Positions 24,600-34,383 of a stretch of DNA of 64,000 nucleotides are shown one piece after another. The notes under the pieces were generated by a model, which was given only the letters and a program-made list of their open reading frames with translations, was not told the origin of the DNA and ran no database searches. This stretch comes from Lacisediminihabitans sp. (GTDB lineage Bacteria > Actinomycetota > Actinomycetes > Actinomycetales > Microbacteriaceae). The stretch lies in contig DATNBR010000027.1 in the NCBI GenBank assembly GCA_035571875.1, forward strand, positions 3,780 to 67,779, given 5' to 3'. Within the stretch, counting starts at the first letter, position 1. Every line of letters starts with the position of its first letter. Both the position numbers and the translations under genes were made by a program.

Positions 24600-26018
24600 A
24601 TGAGCACCGCCTCCGGAACACCGCACGCCATGACCAGGTCGCAGCGACTCGTGCTCGCGATCGCTATCCTCGCCTCCTTTGTCGCGTTTCTCGACGGCTC
24701 GGTGATCAATGTCGCCCTGCCGGCCATCAGCGACGACCTCGGGGGCGGCCTCAGCATCCAGCAGTGGGTGGTCGACGCGTACCTCATCACCCTCGGCGCG
24801 CTCATCCTCGTCGCGGGGTCGCTCTCAGACGTGTTCGGGCGCATCGTCGTGTTGCGCTGGGGTCTCGTCGGCTTCGGCGTGGCGTCCCTCCTCTGCGGCG
24901 CCGCGCCGGGCGGCGAATTCCTCGTGGTCGCTCGTGGACTTCAGGGCATCGCGGGAGCACTGCTCGTGCCGAGTTCGCTCGCGATCATCATGTCGTCGTT
25001 CCGCGGCCCTGCGCAGGCCAGGGCGATCGGTCTGTGGACGGCGTGGACGAGCGGTGCCTTCCTCGCCGGGCCGCTCATCGGCGGACTGTTCGTCGATCTG
25101 CTCTCGTGGAGACTCATCTTCGTGATCAACGTGCTGCCGATCGGAGTGGCGCTGTGGCTGCTGGCGGTGCTCAAGCAGAAAGACACGCGCAAGCAGGGCG
25201 TCGCCATCGACTTCGCGGGGGCGATCCTCGGAATCGTGGGCCTCGGCGGCCCGGTCTTCGCCCTCATCGAACAGGGCAATTACGGCTGGTCGAGCCCCAT
25301 CATCTACCTGCCGATGGCCGTGGGCATCGTCGCCCTCGCTGCCTTCCTCTGGCGGGAGCACACCGCCAGGCAACCGATGATGCCGCTCGGCCTCTTCCGC
25401 ATCCGCAACTTCGGGATGGGCAACATCGCTACGGTCGCGATCTATGCCGCACTCTCGATGGGCGGCCTGTTGGTCGTCGTGTTCCTGCAGCAGGTCGCGC
25501 AGTATCCCGCGACGCTCGCCGGGCTGGCGATGATCCCCGTCTCGATCCTCAATATCGCGCTCTCGCCCGTCTTCGGCACGCTCGCCGGCCGCCACGGGCC
25601 GCGCCTGTTCATGACGATCGGGCCGATCATCGGCGGAATCGGCTACCTCATGCTCACCTGGATCGACGAGTCGGCGAACTACTGGACTCAGGTGCTGCCG
25701 GGCACCGTCGTCTTCGGTCTGGGACTCTCCATCACTGTCGCGCCGCTCACGGCGGCCATTCTGGGTTCCATCGACGAGAGCCAGGCGGGCATCGGTTCGG
25801 CGATCAACAACGCCGTGTCAAGGGTCGCCGGTCTCGTCGCCGTCGCGATGCTCGGCATCATCGTCGGCGCGAAACTCGATGTGTCCGGCTTTCATCGCGG
25901 ACTCGTGGTCACGGGAGCGCTGCTCATCGCGGGTGGAGTGATCTCGGCGCTCGGCATCCGCAATCTGCGTGCCGACAGGGCGTCCGCCGCGGACGGCCAG
26001 GTGACGAAGGCGCTCTGA
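24600..26018 (+). CDS. MFS transporter, DHA2 (EmrB/QacA, 14-TM) type
   Basis: Start ATG 24600 (MSTASGTPH...), just after the upstream stop. LDGSVINVALPAI, GSLSDVFGR and many TM segments. The track ORF start at 24534 overlaps the previous gene. Confidence 0.85.
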   Translation: MSTASGTPHAMTRSQRLVLAIAILASFVAFLDGSVINVALPAISDDLGGGLSIQQWVVDAYLITLGALILVAGSLSDVFGRIVVLRWGLVGFGVASLLCGAAPGGEFLVVARGLQGIAGALLVPSSLAIIMSSFRGPAQARAIGLWTAWTSGAFLAGPLIGGLFVDLLSWRLIFVINVLPIGVALWLLAVLKQKDTRKQGVAIDFAGAILGIVGLGGPVFALIEQGNYGWSSPIIYLPMAVGIVALAAFLWREHTARQPMMPLGLFRIRNFGMGNIATVAIYAALSMGGLLVVVFLQQVAQYPATLAGLAMIPVSILNIALSPVFGTLAGRHGPRLFMTIGPIIGGIGYLMLTWIDESANYWTQVLPGTVVFGLGLSITVAPLTAAILGSIDESQAGIGSAINNAVSRVAGLVAVAMLGIIVGAKLDVSGFHRGLVVTGALLIAGGVISALGIRNLRADRASAADGQVTKAL

Positions 26019-26038
26019 AGTGATTCAGCAGAGCCACC

Positions 26039-26908
26039 TCAGGCCAGCAGGTGCTGCCCCGCGAGTGCCAGTTGCAGCACGTTGAGCAGCGCCGCGGCGA
26101 TGATCAGCTGGAAGTGCAGGCGACCGAGCGGGCGGGTGAAGACGAGTGTGATGCCGGCCGCGGCGATCGCGAGCCCGAGCGCCAGCCCGATCAGACGCAG
26201 CCAGTCGATCTGTCCGCCCGGTCCGAGCAGGGCGACGACGGATGCCGCGGCGAGCACGAGATACGTCATGATGCCGCTCGCCCGCCCACCGAGTCGGTGG
26301 GGAAGGCCGCGCACGCCGGTGGCCCGGTCGTCGTCGAGATCGGGGAGCACGTTCGCGAAGTGCGCGGCGACGCCGAGGAGGGCGCCGAGCGCCATCGCCC
26401 AGCCGGCCGCCATCGCCGGTGTCGGCAGGGCCAGCGTCGCGATGAGGGGGAGAAGGGCGAAGCTGAGGATGTAGGGAAGCACCGAGAGGGCGGTGCCCTT
26501 CAGTCCGAGGTTATAGGCCCACGCCGAGAGGATGAAGACGGCGTGCGCGAGGGTCGCGGGCAGCCCGAGGGGCAGGGTGAGCACTATCGCCGCTGCCGCC
26601 GTCGCGAAGGCGGCCGCGCGCACCGCATGGGCCGTGACCCAGCCGCGAGCGACCGGCTTGTCCGGTCTCCCGACCGCGGCGTCGCGCTCGGCGTCGAGCC
26701 AGTCGTTGGAGAGACCGACCGAGAACTGATTGCTCAACACCGCGAGCCCGAGCACCGCGATGCGCCACGGCTCGAGGCCGACGGCGATGCCGAGCACGAC
26801 GGCAACGACGGTCACGGCGACGGCCGGACCGGGGTGCGTGGAGAGCAGAAGGGACACGATTCGGTAACGAGGCGCCGCATCCTGCGTCGAATTCGTCGTC
26901 ATTTTCAC
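26039..26908 (-). CDS. UbiA-family prenyltransferase
   Basis: 289 aa polytopic protein with an Asp-rich motif NDWLDAERD and a second LPDLDDD motif. Confidence 0.8.
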   Translation of the reverse strand: MKMTTNSTQDAAPRYRIVSLLLSTHPGPAVAVTVVAVVLGIAVGLEPWRIAVLGLAVLSNQFSVGLSNDWLDAERDAAVGRPDKPVARGWVTAHAVRAAAFATAAAAIVLTLPLGLPATLAHAVFILSAWAYNLGLKGTALSVLPYILSFALLPLIATLALPTPAMAAGWAMALGALLGVAAHFANVLPDLDDDRATGVRGLPHRLGGRASGIMTYLVLAAASVVALLGPGGQIDWLRLIGLALGLAIAAAGITLVFTRPLGRLHFQLIIAAALLNVLQLALAGQHLLA

Positions 26909-26944
26909 ATGCTACGTGCTGCGCGCGGGCGATACCTCTGACGT

Positions 26945-26964
26945 AAGCGCAAGTTCTTGCGCGA
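26945..26964. promoter_or_regulatory. Palindrome AAGCGCAAG-TT-CTTGCGCGA (core GCGCAAG/CTTGCGC): candidate LacI-family operator overlapping the lacI-type gene promoter
   Basis: Perfect 7-bp arms at 26947..26953 and 26956..26962. The half-site AAGCGYAA recurs at 28015..28035. Confidence 0.5.
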
Positions 26965-26987
26965 ATTTGCGGCCTCTTGCGTATCAT
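26957..26987 (+). promoter_or_regulatory. Possible promoter of the LacI-family gene: TTGCGC-N19-TATCAT, with the -10 box 6 nt before the ATG (leaderless candidate)
   Basis: Hexamers read directly from the sequence. The 19-nt spacer is longer than optimal, so confidence is low. Confidence 0.3.
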
Positions 26988-26993
26988 GTGGGC

Positions 26994-28022
26994 ATGTCAC
27001 AGCGACTTGCCGAGGTAGCGAAGAAGGTCGGCGTCAGTGAGGCGACGGTGAGCCGGGTGCTGAACGAGAAACCTGGCGTCTCCGAGGCGACCCGTCAGGC
27101 GGTGCTGACCGCCCTCGACGTGCTGGGCTACGAGCGGCCCACCAAGCTGCGTGGTGAGCGAGCCCGGCTCGTCGGGCTCTTCCTGCCCGAACTCAACAAT
27201 CCGATCTTTCCCGCCTTCGGTGAAGTCGTCGGGGGAGCGCTCGCCCAGAACGGCTACACGCCCGTGCTCTGCACACAGAGCGCCGGCGGTATCTCGGAGG
27301 CGGACTACGTTGAGCTGCTCATCCAGCAGCAGGTCTCGGGCGTGGTGTTCGTCGGCGGCCAGTACACCCAGCGGGATGCTCCGCACGAGCACTACGCTCG
27401 GCTGACCGAACTCGGGCTGCCCACAGTGCTCGTCAACGCCCCCATCGAGGGTCTCGGCTTCGCCACCGTCTCCACCGACGATGCGATCGCGGCCGAGCAG
27501 GCGATCGCCCACCTCCACCAACTCGGTCACCGTCGCATCGGGCTGCTGCTTGGGCCAGCGGACCACGTTCCCTCGCAGCGCAAGCTCACCGCCGCCAAGG
27601 CGGTCGCTGCGCGGCTCGGTATCGTCATCGAAGACGACCAGGTCGTACATTCCCTGTACTCGCTGGAGGCCGGGCAGGCGGGGGCGGCGAGGCTGCTGCG
27701 AGCCGGCGTGACGGGGATTCTCTGCGCCAGCGATCCCCTCGCGCTCGGCGCCGTTCGTGCGGTGAGGAGAGTCGGGCTCGACGTCCCCGCGGATGTCTCG
27801 GTGATCGGCTTCGACGACTCCGCGCTCATGAACGCGGTCGATCCGCCGCTCACGACCGTGCGCCAGCCGATTGAACCGATGGGGCGCATGGTGATTGAGC
27901 TTCTCGTGGCCCAGATCTCCGGTGCGTTCTCGAGCGATGAGTATTATTTCGAGCCTGAATTGGTCGTGCGCGGATCGACCGGTCCGCCACCAGCGGTCGC
28001 AAGGCAACGCAAGCAAGCGTAA
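26994..28022 (+). CDS. LacI-family transcriptional regulator
   Basis: From ATG 26994. HTH LAEVAKKVGVSEATVSRVLN plus a periplasmic-binding-protein-like sugar-binding core. Confidence 0.9.
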   Translation: MSQRLAEVAKKVGVSEATVSRVLNEKPGVSEATRQAVLTALDVLGYERPTKLRGERARLVGLFLPELNNPIFPAFGEVVGGALAQNGYTPVLCTQSAGGISEADYVELLIQQQVSGVVFVGGQYTQRDAPHEHYARLTELGLPTVLVNAPIEGLGFATVSTDDAIAAEQAIAHLHQLGHRRIGLLLGPADHVPSQRKLTAAKAVAARLGIVIEDDQVVHSLYSLEAGQAGAARLLRAGVTGILCASDPLALGAVRAVRRVGLDVPADVSVIGFDDSALMNAVDPPLTTVRQPIEPMGRMVIELLVAQISGAFSSDEYYFEPELVVRGSTGPPPAVARQRKQA

Positions 28023-28035
28023 TTTTCTTACGCTT
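28015..28035. promoter_or_regulatory. Palindrome AAGCGTAA-N5-TTACGCTT (overlaps the regulator stop codon): candidate operator and/or terminator hairpin
   Basis: Perfect 8-bp arms. A further GCGTAA copy lies at 28048..28053, inside the putative -35 region of the downstream operon. Confidence 0.45.
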
Positions 28036-28045
28036 TGTTTAGTTC

Positions 28046-28074
28046 TTGCGTAAATCTGTCAATCTCACTACATT
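28046..28074 (+). promoter_or_regulatory. Candidate promoter for the alpha-glucosidase/ABC operon: TTGCGT-N17-TACATT
   Basis: The -35-like and TANNNT -10-like hexamers have 17-nt spacing, in the most AT-rich part of the 109-nt gap. Confidence 0.4.
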
Positions 28075-28131
28075 TCTGGAAATGCCGCCCGGCATAGTGC
28101 CACCACCGGCGTTGACAGAAATGAGCCCCGA

Positions 28132-29829
28132 GTGGACGCACCCGTCCTCAGTAGTGGAGCGGTCGCCCCCGCGAGAGCGGTCGTCGTCCCCCGCACCGAC
28201 GATCCGAACTGGTGGCGCGACGCCGTCATCTATCAGATCTACATCCGCAGTTTCGCGGACGGAAACGGCGACGGCGTAGGCGATCTCGCCGGCGTGCGCT
28301 CGCGGCTCGGCTACCTGCGCGAACTCGGGGTCGATGCGATCTGGTTCACTCCGTGGTACGCGTCGCCGCTCGCCGACGGCGGTTACGACGTCTCGGACTA
28401 TCGCGCGATTCATCCTGCCTTCGGCGATCTTGAGCAGGCCGAGGCGCTCATCCGCGAGGCGCTCGCGCTCGGCATCCGCACCATCATCGACATCGTCCCC
28501 AATCACATCTCCGATCAGCATCCGTGGTTTCAAGAGGCACTGGCGGCGGGGCCCGGATCGGAAGCGCGCGCCAGATTCTGGTTCAGGGAGGGTGGCGGCG
28601 ATTCGGGCGAGGAACTTCCGAACCACTGGGTCTCGAACTTTCAGGGTGAGACCTGGACCCGCACGCGCAATCCCGACGGCACACCGGGCGAATGGTATCT
28701 GCACCTGTTCACGCCCCAACAGCCCGACCTCAACTGGAATCACCCCGATGTGCGCAAAGAACATCAGGATGTCCTGCGCTTCTGGTTCGACCGGGGAGTC
28801 GCGGGCGTGCGCATCGATTCCGCCGCGTTGCTCGTGAAGGACGCAGCTCTGCCCGAGGTGACGGAAAATCCTCGGCCTGGCGAGCATCCGAATACCGATC
28901 GCGACGAGTTGCACGAGATCTACCGCAGCTGGCGCGCCGTCGCAGACTCTTATCCTGGCGCCCGGATGCTCGTGGGCGAGATCTGGCTGCCCGACATCGA
29001 GCGATTCGCGAAGTATCTGCGACGCGACGAACTGCACACAGCGTTCAACTTCGACTTCATGGCGAGGCCGTGGGATGCCGCGAACCTCAGGGAGTCCATC
29101 GACGCAACGCTCGCCGCGCACGCACCCGTGGGCGCCCCGTCGACCTGGGTGCTCTCGAACCACGACGTGACGAGACCGGTGACGCGCTACGGCAGAGTCG
29201 ACACGTCCTTCGCCTTCGCCACGAAGCGCTTCGGCACGCCGAGTGATCGGGAACTCGGCACCCGGCGGGCGCGGGCGGCGGCTCTGCTCACTGCCGCGCT
29301 GCCGGGAACGCTCTACATCTTCCAGGGAGACGAACTCGGGCTGCCGGAGGTCGAGGACATTCCCGATCGACTGCGCGAAGACCCCATGTACTTTCGCTCG
29401 CAGGGGGTCGACCCCGGCCGCGACGGATGCCGCGTGCCGCTTCCCTGGCGTGGAAGTCGCGCCCCGTACGGATTTGCCTCCGATCCCATCAGCGCGGAAC
29501 CGTGGCTGCCTCAACCGGCGGACTGGGCCGCTCTCACGGTCGAGGCGCAGCAGAGTGATCCGTCGTCCATGCTCTGGCTCTACAGGCAGGCACTTCGCAT
29601 CAGGCACGCGGAACCCGCCCTCGGCGATGGTCCGCTGGAATGGCTCGACAGTGATCCTTCCGTGCTCACCTTCTCGCGCGGCCACCGTTCGGGCTTCGTC
29701 AACGTATCGAACCTGTCGGCCGCCTCGATCGAGCTGCCGCCGCACTCGGCCATCATCCTCAGCTCCTCGCCGCTCGATGGCGGAAAGCTGCCCCCAGACT
29801 CCACGGCGTGGCTACGGACACAGCACTAG
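28132..29829 (+). CDS. GH13 alpha-glucosidase / oligo-1,6-glucosidase-type enzyme
   Basis: 565 aa. WWRDAVIYQIYIRSFADGNGDGVGDL, GVDAIWFTP, DIVPNHIS, GVAGVRIDSA, VGEIW, SNHD are the GH13 conserved regions. Confidence 0.9.
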   Translation: MDAPVLSSGAVAPARAVVVPRTDDPNWWRDAVIYQIYIRSFADGNGDGVGDLAGVRSRLGYLRELGVDAIWFTPWYASPLADGGYDVSDYRAIHPAFGDLEQAEALIREALALGIRTIIDIVPNHISDQHPWFQEALAAGPGSEARARFWFREGGGDSGEELPNHWVSNFQGETWTRTRNPDGTPGEWYLHLFTPQQPDLNWNHPDVRKEHQDVLRFWFDRGVAGVRIDSAALLVKDAALPEVTENPRPGEHPNTDRDELHEIYRSWRAVADSYPGARMLVGEIWLPDIERFAKYLRRDELHTAFNFDFMARPWDAANLRESIDATLAAHAPVGAPSTWVLSNHDVTRPVTRYGRVDTSFAFATKRFGTPSDRELGTRRARAAALLTAALPGTLYIFQGDELGLPEVEDIPDRLREDPMYFRSQGVDPGRDGCRVPLPWRGSRAPYGFASDPISAEPWLPQPADWAALTVEAQQSDPSSMLWLYRQALRIRHAEPALGDGPLEWLDSDPSVLTFSRGHRSGFVNVSNLSAASIELPPHSAIILSSSPLDGGKLPPDSTAWLRTQH

Positions 29830-29899
29830 CCGCCGGAGAGCCGTGGCACAGCACCCCATTGTGACGCGGCAAACCCACCCATAACAGATAGGAAAGACG

Positions 29900-31276
29900 A
29901 TGAAGTCACCAGGAAGGATCACCGCGCTCGCGGTGGCCATGCTCGCCGGTGTCGGGATGCTGAGCGCCTGCTCCAGCGGAGACTCCGGCTCGAAGGACGG
30001 CAAGGTCACCCTTGTCGTCGCCAGCCTCATCCCCGGCAGCGATGCGGCAGCGTTCGAGGCCTTCGGCGCTCGAGTGAAGCAGTTCGAGAAGAAGTACCCG
30101 AACATCACGATCCGATCGAACGAGTATCAGTGGACCGCGAGCAACTTCACGGCCGAACTCGCCGGCGGCACGCTGCCCGACGTCTTCAACGTGCCGTTCA
30201 CCGACTCCAAGGCCCTGCTGCAGGCGGGTCAGCTCGCGAACATCACCGACGAGGTGAAGGCACTGCCCTACGGCGACAAGTTCAACGACAAGGTACTGAA
30301 CGTCGCGCAGGACGACAAGGGAGACATCTACGGACTGCCCTATGGACCGTACGCGATGGGTCTGTCGTACAACCGTGCGCTCTTCACTGAGGCCGGCCTC
30401 GACCCCGACAAGCCGCCGACCACGTGGGACGAGGTGCGCGCCGATGCGAAGACCATCTCCGAGAAGGTACCCGGCGTCGCCGGCTACATGCAGATGACGA
30501 CGGATGCGACCGGCGGCTGGGTGCTCACGACCGCGAGCTATGCTCGTGGTGGCCGGCTCGAGACCGTGAAGGACGGCAAATATACGGTGACAGCCGACAA
30601 CTCTGCCACCAAGGATGCGCTGCAGTACCTGCACGACCTTCGCTGGGAAGACAACTCGATGGGCAGCAACTTCCTGTTCGGCTGGAGTGACATCAACCAG
30701 GCCTTCGGCGCGGGTCAGATCGCGATGTACCCGAGCGGCTCCGACGTGCTGACCTCTCTCGTACAGTCTGACAACGTCGACCCCAAGGACTACGGAATCA
30801 CGACGCTGCCGCTCGTCGGCACGAATGCGGGAGCACTGAGCGGTGGCAACGTCGCGGTGGTCAATCCGAAGGCGAACCGAGCCACTCAGGAGGCCGCCGT
30901 CAAGTGGATCGACTTCTACTACATCTCGAAGTTGATCGATAAGAACCAGGCGCAGGCGGACGCCAAGGTGCTCGCCAAGAGCAACCAGCCCGTCGGCGTG
31001 CCGACCCTGCCGCTGTTCGACCAGGCCACCTACGACCAGAACCAGGACTGGATCAAGGATGAGGTGAACATCCCGCTGTCGAACGTCAAGCCGTTCACGT
31101 CGAAGATATTCGACACGAACATCGTGCCGGAACCGGCACGGCACACGCAGGACCTCTATAAGGCGCTCGACACCGTAGTGCAGGCAGTGCTGACCGATAA
31201 GAACGCCGACATCGACGCGCTGCTCAAAGGTGTCAACAAGCAGGTGCAGGCGCTGATCGACGCGGACGCGAAGTAA
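29900..31276 (+). CDS. Sugar ABC transporter substrate-binding lipoprotein
   Basis: 458 aa. Lipobox GMLSACS. Family-1 extracellular solute-binding protein. Confidence 0.9.
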   Translation: MKSPGRITALAVAMLAGVGMLSACSSGDSGSKDGKVTLVVASLIPGSDAAAFEAFGARVKQFEKKYPNITIRSNEYQWTASNFTAELAGGTLPDVFNVPFTDSKALLQAGQLANITDEVKALPYGDKFNDKVLNVAQDDKGDIYGLPYGPYAMGLSYNRALFTEAGLDPDKPPTTWDEVRADAKTISEKVPGVAGYMQMTTDATGGWVLTTASYARGGRLETVKDGKYTVTADNSATKDALQYLHDLRWEDNSMGSNFLFGWSDINQAFGAGQIAMYPSGSDVLTSLVQSDNVDPKDYGITTLPLVGTNAGALSGGNVAVVNPKANRATQEAAVKWIDFYYISKLIDKNQAQADAKVLAKSNQPVGVPTLPLFDQATYDQNQDWIKDEVNIPLSNVKPFTSKIFDTNIVPEPARHTQDLYKALDTVVQAVLTDKNADIDALLKGVNKQVQALIDADAK

Positions 31277-31291
31277 CAAGTCCACAAGCGC

Positions 31292-31328
31292 GGATGTCGG
31301 CGAAGGAGTGCGTCCCTCGCCGGCATCC
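31292..31328 (+). other. Intercistronic hairpin between the binding-protein and permease genes
   Basis: GGATGTCGGCGAAGG-AGTGCGT-CCCTCGCCGGCATCC (13 of 15 positions pair). This position is typical for differential mRNA stability in ABC operons. Confidence 0.45.
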
Positions 31329-31370
31329 GGCTCGGCACCGCCCGTTCCGCTCACAGAGGAGATCAGCAGG

Positions 31371-32342
31371 ATGACCGCACTCGACACCCGTGTCCCCGAC
31401 CAGGCACTCGGCACCCTTCCGCGGCCGGTGCGCCGTGTCGCTGTGGCGCGATCGCCACGCACCTGGCTGAAGGGAGGAGGGCTCGGCAACCTCGTCTTCA
31501 TGCTGCCGATGCTCCTCATCTTCGGGGTGTTCTCATGGTCGCCCATCGTGCAGGCGATCGTGATGAGCTTCCAGAAGACCAACTTGGTGACGCCAGCCAC
31601 CTTCGTGGGCTTCGACAACTTCGTGCACGTCTTCCAGGATCCGCAATTCCTCACCGCGGTCGTGAACACTGGCTACTTCGCTGTGCTCGCCCTGCTGTTC
31701 GGGTATCCGATTCCGCTCGTCGTCGCCGTGCTCATGAGCGAGGTCAGGCGGCTCAAGGGGCTGTTCAGTGTGCTCGCGTACCTTCCCGTCGTGGTGCCGC
31801 CTGTTGTGGCGGTGCTCCTCTGGAAGTTCTTCTACGACGCGAGCCCGACGGGGGTCTTCAACACGATCCTCGATTGGGTGGGCATCGCTCCTCAGCCGTG
31901 GATCCAGAGCGCGGCGACCGCCATGCCGTCGCTCGTGCTCGAGGCGACCTGGGCAGGAGCCGGCGGCACGATTATCATCTATCTCGCCGCGCTCTCGGCT
32001 GTCGCCCCCGAGCTCTACGACGCGGCCGAGATGGACGGCGCTGGCATCTGGAAAAAGATCTGGCACGTGACGCTGCCGCAGCTTCGCGGCATCCTTCTGG
32101 TGACCTTCATCCTGCAGATCATCGGAACAGCACAGGTCTTTCTCGAGCCGTTTCTGTTCACCGATGGTGGCCCGGTGAACTCGACGCTGAGCGTGCTGCT
32201 GCTGATCTATCGCTACGCGTTCCAGAGCAGCCTCGGTGGCAACTACGGTGCTGCGACAGCGCTGAGCGTGCTGCTCGCCCTGGTCCTCGCCATCCTGTCT
32301 CTCGTGTACTTCCGCATGACAAGATCCTGGAGTGACAATTGA
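31371..32342 (+). CDS. Carbohydrate ABC transporter permease (MalF/UgpA-like)
   Basis: Start ATG 31371, preceded by AGAGGAG. EAA loop DAAEMDGAGIWKKIWHVTLPQL. Confidence 0.85.
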   Translation: MTALDTRVPDQALGTLPRPVRRVAVARSPRTWLKGGGLGNLVFMLPMLLIFGVFSWSPIVQAIVMSFQKTNLVTPATFVGFDNFVHVFQDPQFLTAVVNTGYFAVLALLFGYPIPLVVAVLMSEVRRLKGLFSVLAYLPVVVPPVVAVLLWKFFYDASPTGVFNTILDWVGIAPQPWIQSAATAMPSLVLEATWAGAGGTIIIYLAALSAVAPELYDAAEMDGAGIWKKIWHVTLPQLRGILLVTFILQIIGTAQVFLEPFLFTDGGPVNSTLSVLLLIYRYAFQSSLGGNYGAATALSVLLALVLAILSLVYFRMTRSWSDN

Positions 32343-33235
32343 GCAAGGCTGATCAGGCGCTGGATCGCGGGGTGGTCTCCGCCTACGAATGGAAGAGGAA
32401 GCGCGTCCGCCTGCCCCTGTCGTTCACCCACCTCCTGCTGCTCATCCTGCTCGTCGTGGTCGGCCTGCTGCCTCTGCTGTGGCTCGGCAAGGCCGCCATC
32501 ACCCCAACGCAGGACACGCTCAGGATGCCCATGGCGATCTTCCCGCACGGGGTCGACTGGGAGAACCTCGCCACCGCGTGGAACACCGTCGGTATCGGCA
32601 CACAGTTCGTGAACACGCTGTGGGTCGCGCTCGGCTCCTGGCTCGTGCAACTGGTGGTGGCAACGACCGGGGGATACGCGCTCTCTGTGCTCCGACCCCG
32701 CTACGGGAGGCTGGTCAACGCGCTCGTGCTCGGCACACTGTTCGTGCCCTCGGTGGTGCTGCTCGTGCCGCTGTACCTCACGATCCTGCATCCGCCTCTC
32801 GTCGGGCACTCGCTCATCAACACCTTCTGGGCGGTCTGGCTTCCGGCAGGCGCCAGCGCGTTCAACGTGCTGCTCGTGACCCGATTCTTCGACAACCTGC
32901 CGCGGGAGATCTTCGAGGCCGCGAGAACAGACGGTGCCGGTTCTTTCCGCCTGTTCTGGTCGGTCGTGCTGCCGATGTCGAAGCCGATCCTCGGGGTTGT
33001 CTCGGTGTTCGCGATCATCAATGCCTGGAAGGACTATCTCTGGCCGATGCTCGTGCTGAAAGACAAGGCCATCCAGCCGCTCTCGGTGCGACTGCCCGAG
33101 ATCCAGTCCCAGACGCAGCTCGACGTGTACCTGGCGGGGCTCGCGATTTCCATTCTGATTCCGGTCGCGCTGTTCCTGGTCTTCCAAGGAATGTTCCTGC
33201 GGGGTGGCGGGCTGGACGGTGCGGTCAAGGGATGA
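32339..33235 (+). CDS. Carbohydrate ABC transporter permease (MalG/UgpE-like)
   Basis: 298 aa. EAA loop EAARTDGAGSFRLFWSVVLPMSKP. 4-nt overlap with the upstream permease. No ATPase gene follows. Confidence 0.9.
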   Translation: MSKADQALDRGVVSAYEWKRKRVRLPLSFTHLLLLILLVVVGLLPLLWLGKAAITPTQDTLRMPMAIFPHGVDWENLATAWNTVGIGTQFVNTLWVALGSWLVQLVVATTGGYALSVLRPRYGRLVNALVLGTLFVPSVVLLVPLYLTILHPPLVGHSLINTFWAVWLPAGASAFNVLLVTRFFDNLPREIFEAARTDGAGSFRLFWSVVLPMSKPILGVVSVFAIINAWKDYLWPMLVLKDKAIQPLSVRLPEIQSQTQLDVYLAGLAISILIPVALFLVFQGMFLRGGGLDGAVKG

Positions 33236-33257
33236 ACCCGGCCGCTGTGGCGCGGCC

Positions 33258-34307
33258 CTATTGTTGGCGCCCCACGATGCCCTCGCGAACGCGGCGAAGG
33301 TCTTCCAGCAGCGACCCGACCAGTATCCAGTTCTCGGCGCTCGGCTTGGCGACGACGAGAGGCGCGGTGAGCGCCGGAAGGTCCGCGGTGACGGGTGGTG
33401 GCTCGGGGCCGGTGGATCCACTGACGGGCCGACGGGCGAGAAGTCGCAGGTCGTGCGCCGCACGCTGCAGTTCGATCGCCATCGCAGCGACCATGGGGTC
33501 TGAGCTCAGATTGTCGCTGTAGTGGTCGTGCACCGCCCTCGCCATTCCGAGTACCTGCGTCACGAGCGCAGTGAGCGAGGTGAGGAACAAGCGGTCGTGT
33601 TCGAGTACCGCTCGGTGCCGGCCGCCGCGGGGATTGAAGCTCAGACTCTCCTCCGCTCGAGACACCCGGTCGAGGGCCGTGTCCCGCAGGGTCCGAAGCG
33701 CCCTCGCCTCCTCGAGCAGCGCCCGTCGCTGCGCCGGCTTCTGCGGCGTGCTGAGCGCATCCGAAAGCCCATCGAGCACCGACCCGACACCGCTCGCGAG
33801 GTCGGAGACGGCCTGGTGCGCCGGACCGAGGAGCACGGGTGGAACGATGGCGACGTTCACGAGCAGGGCCACCACGGCACCGATGATCGTCTCGATGATG
33901 CGATTCGCCGCGTAGTCGGGCGTCTGCGCACCGATCGAGAGCACGAGCATCGCACTGATCGGGATCTGGTTGGTGGAACCCGGTCCCAGCTTCAGCGCCC
34001 ACGCGATGAGCAGCGAGATGACGATGACGGCGAGCACGATCCAGCTGGAATTGCCGAACAGCAGTCCCATGCCGTAGGCGAGGGCGACGCCGGCGACGAC
34101 ACCGATGCTGCGCTCAACGCCCTTGGTGAGCGACTGGTTCACGCTCGGCTGCACGACGAGCAGGGCCGCGATGGCGGCGAAGATGGGGAAGGGCTGGCCG
34201 AGCAGCAGATTGCACAGCAGCCAGGATGCGATGGCCGCGATCGAGGTCTTCACTACCTGGAGCAGCGGGCTGCGTGACGAGGTCTGCAGGATCGTGGTCA
34301 GCCGCAT
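33258..34307 (-). CDS. FUSC / aromatic-acid-exporter-like membrane protein
   Basis: 349 aa. N-terminal half is polytopic (LLQVVKTSIAAIASWLL...) and the C-terminal half is soluble and helical, as in ArAE/FUSC family proteins. Confidence 0.65.
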   Translation of the reverse strand: MRLTTILQTSSRSPLLQVVKTSIAAIASWLLCNLLLGQPFPIFAAIAALLVVQPSVNQSLTKGVERSIGVVAGVALAYGMGLLFGNSSWIVLAVIVISLLIAWALKLGPGSTNQIPISAMLVLSIGAQTPDYAANRIIETIIGAVVALLVNVAIVPPVLLGPAHQAVSDLASGVGSVLDGLSDALSTPQKPAQRRALLEEARALRTLRDTALDRVSRAEESLSFNPRGGRHRAVLEHDRLFLTSLTALVTQVLGMARAVHDHYSDNLSSDPMVAAMAIELQRAAHDLRLLARRPVSGSTGPEPPPVTADLPALTAPLVVAKPSAENWILVGSLLEDLRRVREGIVGRQQ

Positions 34308-34383
34308 CCGTCAAGCGTAGCCCGCGAGCACTCGCTGCTCGGCCCGCCTCTCTCGAGGAAAGCCGCAATGTGACCTGTGGAGG

